This document shows positions 62,756 through 64,000 of a stretch of 64,000 bases of DNA, one piece after another. Location: contig BQFW01000005.1 of NCBI GenBank assembly GCA_020891255.1, positions 496,001-560,000 on the forward strand, written 5' to 3'. Below the pieces are notes generated by a model that was not told the origin of the DNA, did no database searches, and saw only the letters and a list, made by a program, of their open reading frames with translations. Origin of the DNA: Entomortierella parvispora E1425. Lineage: Eukaryota > Fungi > Mortierellomycota. Every line of letters begins with the position of its first letter. Position 1 is the stretch's first letter. A program made the translations under genes and the position numbers.

Positions 62756-63821
62756 CTATTTCATCATCTTCCAAATGACACATCCAGCGACGACAGCGAG
62801 GGCGAGGACGTATTGAAGGCTATTTTGGACGAGCGATAGTGACAAGGAACAAAAAAAGAATACTTTGCATGAGTCCAATGCTCCGGGATAGAGGACAGTG
62901 AACAAAAAAAAAAGAATGACAAAAATTATCTGTCCCAGTGGGCGTACCTGCTCGAGGACTCTGTGGGCTCGGAGGCGGGGATGGGCTTCGGGGTAGATTG
63001 GTAGGAGGACTTTGGCTTGGTGGTAGATGCGCCCTGTAATCGTTTCCAAAGAATCCAAGAACCGGTTAATGTCAGAGATCCCGTTCGTATCACTTCACAT
63101 GTCATTTTTGTTTACTTAAACAAGTCAACAGTGGATCAAAAACAGAAAAAAATAAGGAAAACTCAATCCTTCCCAAACGCGCGATCTTCATCGGAGAGGA
63201 GGAAGAGGGAAAGGGCGTCTGCACGTAGATGCAGCAAATTGCCGCTTTGGACGAGAACCCCGTGCAGAATTGAGACAGTGGGAAAAAAAAGCGAAAAAAA
63301 AAATTGGGGACAAGGGAGAGTAGCGCAGTGGGATCACATTTACCTCAGCGTTCAATTCTCCGACGTACAACTTGGACATGATATCGCGAGCCTCGTCCGA
63401 GTGACCAACATCCTCAAAGGACTCGGTGGCGTCCTTGCCAGCCTCATCGAGAAGGACTTCCTCTCCACCAGGATGCTAAGACGAGAGAGATAAAGAGCAT
63501 ACGAGTAAGAAGCTTTCCAAGGTGAATCCTGAAGTAGACCCCAATCACTTGGAACTGGAGAAAAAGTTCTCATTCGCCTTCGGAATGGACTGACATCAGC
63601 CCTTTCCTCCTCTCCAATGGACTGTCAAAGTAGAAAGTCGAGCAGCATTCGGAGGTCCGAGCCGAAGAGTGGAACAAGAAAGAAGGAGTAAGGGGTGTGG
63701 TCCTCACCTCGTCGATGAATCCTGTGACGTCGTAGACCTTTCCATGGATGGCAACCAAGAGGCTGGTTTTGGAGGTGTGTTGGGATAACTCGGCGAGGGT
63801 ATAAGTCTTTGGGGGAGCCAT
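62756..63821 (-). CDS. CYB5: Cytochrome b5 (tail-anchored), four exons
   Basis: [15 protein letters not shown]...[13 protein letters not shown]|[39 protein letters not shown]...|...|[20 protein letters not shown]. Confidence 0.95.
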
Positions 63822-64000
63822 TATGAGCGAATGTGAATGAAGAGTGAAATGAATGAATGGACGGAAAAAAAGAATAAAGAAAGAAAGTTGTCCGAGAAAC
63901 CGAAAATGCCGAGGGGGGGTCTCTTTCTTCCACACTCCGATCCGCGCAAAAAGCGCGCGGCAGGCGTCACACAGGGCGGGAAAGGGACGCGCACCTTCGC

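Noticed and set aside
63595-63630. AG followed by an exon-2-like start inside cytochrome b5 intron 1
   Set aside because: Similarity to HPGGEE is too short and the frame soon stops; not supportable as a duplicated exon.

Overview
Gene-dense, intron-containing fungal DNA. The gene set, short GT-AG introns and an F-box/LRR family gene point to an early-diverging fungus, probably Mortierellaceae (inference). The left end (1-~3750) looks like the right half of an AcademH-type DNA transposon: a convergent 3' ORF fragment plus an intact six-exon RecQ-like helicase. Housekeeping genes follow: SEC11-like, ALG11, MEA1-like, GDP-mannose 4,6-dehydratase, RPT1, formin, PRO2, CLP1, SKI3, ALKBH7-like, isocitrate lyase, a UPF0658-like membrane protein and cytochrome b5. 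Accessory islands are interspersed: (i) two tandem TLC-domain genes; (ii) two paralogous 46-aa secreted prepropeptides ending in CECGCFGxPKxC, next to a GST (the second has no ORF of its own in the track); (iii) an intronless GH27-ricin alpha-galactosidase; (iv) a co-oriented, intronless triplet of Ycf45/SpoIIIAA-type ATPase, vWA protein and second Ycf45/SpoIIIAA-type ATPase; (v) a frameshifted F-box/LRR gene; (vi) a 52-aa spliced micro-gene. The peptide pair and the ATPase-vWA-ATPase triplet are the best candidates for undescribed systems. All family calls come from motif recognition by eye; no database searches were run.
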